Assembly: GCA_963666485.2 (NCBI GenBank)
Contig: CAXXUO010000002.1
Span: 576,001-640,000, forward strand
Length of the DNA stretch: 64,000 bases
From: Syntrophorhabdaceae bacterium
Lineage (GTDB): Bacteria; Desulfobacterota; Syntrophorhabdia; Syntrophorhabdales; Syntrophorhabdaceae
Direction of reading: 5' to 3'
The position numbers and the translations under genes are program-made. The notes below the pieces were generated by a model. It ran no database searches. It had not been told where the DNA came from and worked only from the letters and a program-made list of their open reading frames with translations. This document shows, one piece after another, positions 60,019-64,000 of the stretch; positions within the stretch are counted from its first letter, which is position 1; each line of letters starts with the position of its first letter.

Positions 60019-60580
60019 GGTTCAAGGTTCAATGTTCAAGGTTCAAGGGTAAAAAAAGCGGGGGGATGTTGGTCGTTGCGGATTTTATTCCGCTTTGAAA
60101 AGTAATATTAGGAAAAAGGAGGTCACGTGTGGCGAATGATATGTTTGAAGATTTGAAGATGTGGCAGGAGGCGAGGCAATTGACGGGAAAGATTTATGAG
60201 CTTACCAAAAAGCCCCCATTGTCAAAGGATTTTGAAATGATAGGTCAGTTGAGGCGAGGACTGATTTCAATAACCTCAAATATTGCAGAGGGATTCGAAC
60301 GCGGAGGCAACCGGGAGTTTATCTATTTTTTATCAATAGCAAAGGGATCTTCAGGTGAAGTTCGATCGCAGCTGTACCTGGCATTGGATCAAGGATACAT
60401 AGAAAAACAGGAATGCGAGCAAATAGTAAATAGCCTTAAAGTTTTATCATCAATGATAGGCAATTTCCTAAAATACTTAAAAGACTCCCATTATAAGGGC
60501 TCTAAATTCAAAAAGCCCGCCGCCCCCCGGTAAATACCGCGAATTGTTTTACCTTGAACTTTGAACCTTGAACCTTGAAC
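60019..60580. mobile_element. Heptamer-bounded cassette carrying a four-helix-bundle gene
   Basis: (ggttcaa)x4 at 60019-46 and (ttgaacy)x4 at 60552-80 flank an AT-rich ORF; mobility is inferred. Confidence 0.6.
60129..60533 (+). CDS. Four helix bundle protein (23S rRNA IVS protein / Avd-like family)
   Basis: FEDLKMWQ, QLRR...SITSNIAEGFER, FLSIAKGSSGEVRSQL; SD AGGAGG. Confidence 0.93.
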   Translation: MANDMFEDLKMWQEARQLTGKIYELTKKPPLSKDFEMIGQLRRGLISITSNIAEGFERGGNREFIYFLSIAKGSSGEVRSQLYLALDQGYIEKQECEQIVNSLKVLSSMIGNFLKYLKDSHYKGSKFKKPAAPR

Positions 60581-60617
60581 GGGGCATTATCGAAGTATCG
60601 ATAATGCCCCGGTTTTT
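60580..60617 (+). terminator. Intrinsic terminator
   Basis: cggggcattatcga-agta-tcgataatgccccg followed by ttttt. Confidence 0.75.
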
Positions 60618-60620
60618 CGC

Positions 60621-60842
60621 CTATTTCCTCGTCCCCTGGTTCGGGTTGACCGGTGTCGGTTTCGGAACCTCCGGTACCTTCACATCTTCTATTTTCTTCC
60701 CGGCCTGGCTCTCGAGCTGCTGCAAGGCCTGTCCTTTCTCTTTCTTCGGCGCATTATCCGCCGCAAAAACCTCGCTTCCTGCAAACACGAGCCCAAAAAT
60801 AACCAGCGCCGCCGCAAACATCCTCACCATTTTCCTTTTCAT
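60621..60842 (-). CDS. Small secreted protein
   Basis: Signal peptide, Lys/Pro-rich mature part; SD GGAGG. Confidence 0.65.
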   Translation of the reverse strand: MKRKMVRMFAAALVIFGLVFAGSEVFAADNAPKKEKGQALQQLESQAGKKIEDVKVPEVPKPTPVNPNQGTRK

Positions 60843-60944
60843 CTCTCTCCTCCGTATGTTTTTTTGTTCATACACTATATGACACAGGCAGACAGAAAAA
60901 TGTTCCAAAAAAAGGGTGGACCATTTCAGTCCGCCCCTTATTTG

Positions 60945-60978
60945 TTAACCTTGAACTTTGATCCTTGAACCTTGAACC
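60945..60978. repeat. Heptamer array (ttgaacy)x4 just after the cmk-like stop
   Basis: Read directly. Confidence 0.85.
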
Positions 60979-60988
60979 GTCTTTTCGC

Positions 60989-61729
60989 CTAAAAGACCGC
61001 CGCTCTCCGTCCCGACATTATCTCCGGTTTCGCCGGCGTATCCAGCTTGTACCTCCGTATCATCTCGTTCCCGATCAGCTTCGCCGCATCCTCGTACGTG
61101 ATGAGGTCCGTATTTATTACTATATGATAGATCAGCGGATCATCGATGTCCGCGTCGAAATTGTCCTTTATATACCGTTTCCGGCCGTCATCTTTTTTCT
61201 TGATATATTTGGCGGCATCCTTCTCGTTGTAGCCGAACGCCTTCATCGCCTGCTCGACCCTTTTCTCGAACGAGCCGATGAGCCGTACGTGAAAAACATT
61301 GGGCATGTCCTTTGTCACGAGGTTTGCGCCCCTGCCCACGAGGATGCAGTTCCCGATCTGCGCCAGGCGCAGTATTGTCGCGTTCGTCCTTTCGACGAGC
61401 GACCAGGTGGACGGGTGCAGGCCGATGAATTCCTCGAATGCGTCGGTCACCGAGCCCTTGTGGTCTTCCTTCATGAACTTTTCCACATGTCCCTTGAGAT
61501 TGAACACCTCGAGCACCTTCACGACGAGCTTCTGGTCAAAGACGGTCCATTCCTCGTGGGACGTCGTCTTCTCCTGCAGGTATTTCACGAGCTCGGACGA
61601 AACGGTCAGGCCGCCCGCCCCCTCAGAACGCGAGATCGTGATCGCAGGCTTTAACTCTGCCTTCCCCTTCTTCCCGAAATGACGTTCGATGTACGTTTCA
61701 CACTTGTCAGACGTTATGTTTTCCCACAT
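60989..61729 (-). CDS. Cytidylate kinase-like family protein
   Basis: ITISRSEGAGG, ILVGRGA, HVRL, YHIVINT. Confidence 0.85.
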   Translation of the reverse strand: MWENITSDKCETYIERHFGKKGKAELKPAITISRSEGAGGLTVSSELVKYLQEKTTSHEEWTVFDQKLVVKVLEVFNLKGHVEKFMKEDHKGSVTDAFEEFIGLHPSTWSLVERTNATILRLAQIGNCILVGRGANLVTKDMPNVFHVRLIGSFEKRVEQAMKAFGYNEKDAAKYIKKKDDGRKRYIKDNFDADIDDPLIYHIVINTDLITYEDAAKLIGNEMIRRYKLDTPAKPEIMSGRRAAVF

Positions 61730-61870
61730 ATCAGGACCTCCTCCTGACTTTACACGCATCAGCTGAAAACAACCCGCCTATTTATGAAACCTGCCCTTTA
61801 TTAATTGTGTATAGCCGAGGGTTGGCGGTTTGTCAACTGCCGGGGGGACCAGCGCGGGGCAATTTCTTCT

Positions 61871-62293
61871 TTAAAGAAGTTTTATAAAGTCGGCAGGGGT
61901 GAGTATCCTGGTCCCTTTATAATGTCTGACATCGAGCAGCGCCCTGTCGCCCGTAACCAGATGCCCGGCACCGGCGCTCAGGGCACAGGAGATGAACATG
62001 TCATCATCAGGATCAGCGCATACCCCGCGTACCTTTTCACTTATTATCACAACCTCGAAATAAGGCAGGACCTCATCTTCGATGAGAAAAGTAATTTCAT
62101 CCCGGGTCAGCGAAAATTTAGGGTACCATAGAGTGTCAACGAGTTCCTGAAAGGTTTCGCGGGACAGGACAGGGTTTATCCGGGCATCCCTCAAGGAGGC
62201 CCGGATCTCCGACATCGTACCGCCGAAGATAAGGGCCGATATCAGGACATTTGTATCGAGGACGACCTTTATTTCTTTCTCCTTCTCGACCAG
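61871..62293 (-). CDS. PIN-domain toxin (VapC-like); non-canonical start
   Basis: VVLDTNVLISA, DPDDDMFISCA, LVTGD..LL; only CTG (62293) or ATA (62272) are near the domain start. Confidence 0.85.
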   Translation of the reverse strand: MVEKEKEIKVVLDTNVLISALIFGGTMSEIRASLRDARINPVLSRETFQELVDTLWYPKFSLTRDEITFLIEDEVLPYFEVVIISEKVRGVCADPDDDMFISCALSAGAGHLVTGDRALLDVRHYKGTRILTPADFIKLL

Positions 62294-62508
62294 CGGACGG
62301 CATCCGCGACATCGTTTCGATCTATTCCCAGTCTTTCCATCTTGCTCCGTATTCCCTCGACAGATAACGAAACCGGAGATATTCTGACCGGTGTAAGGAT
62401 TATCAGATTGTCCTTTATAACGATGTCGAAATAATCGGTGTCGGGAAACCTGTCCGCGATCTCTTTGGGCAAGGTAACCTGGTTCTTCGATGTTTTCTTT
62501 GCAAGCAT
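62269..62508 (-). CDS. AbrB/MazE-type antitoxin
   Basis: MLAKKTSKNQVTLPK; SD AGGAGG; upstream of the PIN gene. Confidence 0.88.
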   Translation of the reverse strand: MLAKKTSKNQVTLPKEIADRFPDTDYFDIVIKDNLIILTPVRISPVSLSVEGIRSKMERLGIDRNDVADAVRWSRRRKK

Positions 62509-62516
62509 TCCTTACC

Positions 62517-62531
62517 TCCTTACTGTAAGGA
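62517..62531. promoter_or_regulatory. Putative TA operator palindrome
   Basis: tccttac-t-gtaagga plus a third tccttac half-site at the RBS. Confidence 0.55.
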
Positions 62532-62687
62532 TATCTTAGTAACATCCAAAGTTCAACCAATAATTCCGCTCAACGCAAACGTTTCAACAATCATCTGCCC
62601 CCTGGGTTTGATCCTATATTACTTTTTAGAACAAGAAAACGTGATTGAAACTTGAAACGATTTTCAGGTTACTCTACAATCAATTTT

Positions 62688-63065
62688 ATGAGAATATCAT
62701 TCCCGGCAATATTGGCTCTGGCAGCGCTCGCCCTGACCGCCTGCACGGTGACGAAAAACATTGCCATCGAGATGCCCCCCACCGCTGCCGTGTCCGTCTA
62801 TGACGGGAAGATCGTCGGCAAGCCCTTCGTCAACAAGGTCGGTCAGGAGAGCCCGAAAATGATCGACCTGTATTTCGAGACGGGTGGGAAAACATATTTC
62901 ATCAAGTTCATCGACAGCAACGTATCCCGCAATGAAATGTCCCAATACATCAATACGCGCCTGAAGGTGGAGGGCAGGCTCGGTGACGGCCTGTGGGACA
63001 CGAATGACCCCAACCATCAGAGCCGGGTCGGGGAGTATATCGTTATCGAAAAGATAAAAAAGTAA
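62688..63065 (+). CDS. Lipoprotein of unknown function
   Basis: Lipobox LTAC; TTGAAA-N17-TACAAT upstream. Confidence 0.75.
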   Translation: MRISFPAILALAALALTACTVTKNIAIEMPPTAAVSVYDGKIVGKPFVNKVGQESPKMIDLYFETGGKTYFIKFIDSNVSRNEMSQYINTRLKVEGRLGDGLWDTNDPNHQSRVGEYIVIEKIKK

Positions 63066-63418
63066 AGCGGTTCCACGTTCCAGGTTCCACGTTCCATGAG
63101 AAAAGCGAAGATTTGGCACAACGTCTGTACTCAAACTGAGCACGATTGTTCTCAATTTGAGTACAGACATTTAGTGATGCCGTCATCCCGGTGCTTGACA
63201 CCGGAATCCAGGGTTTTGCATCTCTTTTTGACGTTGAACGGTTGTCAGAGGAAGGGGACGTCCTTAAGAAAGTAAGTAACTCGGTTAGGGGTAAAGAATG
63301 TAAGAATGGTCCATTGAGTCATTGTGGGGAGTTTCTTACTTTCTTAAGGACGTCCCCTCAGTCTTTTACGTGATCTAAGGTTTTTTAGCTTTGAACCTTG
63401 AACCTTGAACCTTGAACC
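63063..63418. repeat. Composite cassette: (gttccac)n, hairpin 63123-63168, REP 63181-63215, 30-bp IR 63253-63358, (ttgaacc)x4
   Basis: Read directly between convergent stop codons. Confidence 0.85.
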
Positions 63419-63428
63419 TTTTTTTAAA

Positions 63429-63704
63429 TTATTTGAAATATTCCCGTAGCTTTTTGTTCATCTCCTCACTGCCTTCAACCAGGTTCACCTCGCGGACCTC
63501 GGGAAGCGCCTCTTTCAGTAACTTGTCGGCCCACAGACTGAGGGCGTTTATCCCGCATCAGTGCATGGTGCCGCCGAGGAGCCGCAGGGTGACGGTGGCC
63601 GTGCCTTCGTCGACCGAGACCACTTCAACCTCGCCCTCGGCCAGGTCTTCCAGTCGGGGATTGAGGCGCTTCAGTTCCTCTTCAACTCTCTGCCTTAAAT
63701 CCAA
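63429..63704 (-). CDS. NifU/NfuA C-terminal-like protein with in-frame TGA (candidate selenoprotein)
   Basis: TTG start after GGAGG; LDLRQRVEEELKRLNPRLEDLAEGEVEVVSVDEGTATVTLRLLGGTMH(TGA)CGINALSLWADKLLKEALPEVREVNLV; TGA at 63558-60. Confidence 0.65.
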
Positions 63705-63773
63705 TTCAGGCCTCCACGAGAGAAACATATGGTTTCATATTGAAAGTTTCAAGTGTCAGACAGGCTCGCCCGG

Positions 63774-64000
63774 TCATTCCGATGCGGGCTCATCCGGCAT
63801 CGGGCCCCAGACGGTGTTTACCTGGCATATCTCCGGTATGGCATCTTTCAACAATTTTTCAGCCCACAGGCAGCAGGCGTTTATCCCGTTCGCGATAAGC
63901 AGGCCGCGAAAGACCCGCAGCGTGACAATGCATGTCTCTTCATCCACGGAAATTATTGCCACGTCACCCTGGGCCAATTCCTGGAGCCGCGGGTTCAGGC
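63774..64000 (-). CDS. NifU C-terminal-like paralogue, partial (5' end beyond the window)
   Basis: LNPRLQELAQGDVAIISVDEETCIVTLRVFRGLLIANGINACCLWAEKLLKDAIPEI aligns with the downstream copy. Confidence 0.7.
   Translation of the reverse strand, partial: LNPRLQELAQGDVAIISVDEETCIVTLRVFRGLLIANGINACCLWAEKLLKDAIPEICQVNTVWGPMPDEPASE

Noticed and set aside
60129..60533. Diversity-generating retroelement or rRNA intervening sequence
   Set aside because: No reverse transcriptase, TR/VR pair or rRNA in the window.

Overview
A chromosomal, mostly housekeeping window from an anaerobic diderm bacterium. The gene content suggests a syntrophic deltaproteobacterium/Desulfobacterota; this is inference. It carries lptFG, a membrane FeS/CCG oxidoreductase, a MacAB-TolC-type exporter, tRNA-Phe, glgC, rsmI, pgsA, pal, hisS, thyX, a DUF134/NifX/FmdB/VKOR/DsbA/CDF cluster, and a sigma54-controlled Liv-type ABC plus acyl-CoA ligase operon with its two-component system. 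The intergenic DNA is the most interesting part. (1) About ten intergenic cassettes are bounded by inward-facing 7-8 nt tandem arrays; one carries an Avd-like four-helix-bundle gene, the others carry CGTC-type REP hairpins or only a short spacer. (2) An IS621-like IS110 sits in one REP; its left end has readable bridge-RNA guides matching the REP target and its own circle junction. (3) Two REP doublets share a spacer but have different hairpins, and three doublets are preceded by 20-nt head repeats. Other points: a candidate UGA-readthrough (Sec) NifU-like protein, a QueF homologue without the catalytic Cys, a stand-alone Fis-type HTH gene, and several small ORFs absent from the ORF track. All calls come from reading sequence and motifs; no database searches were run.
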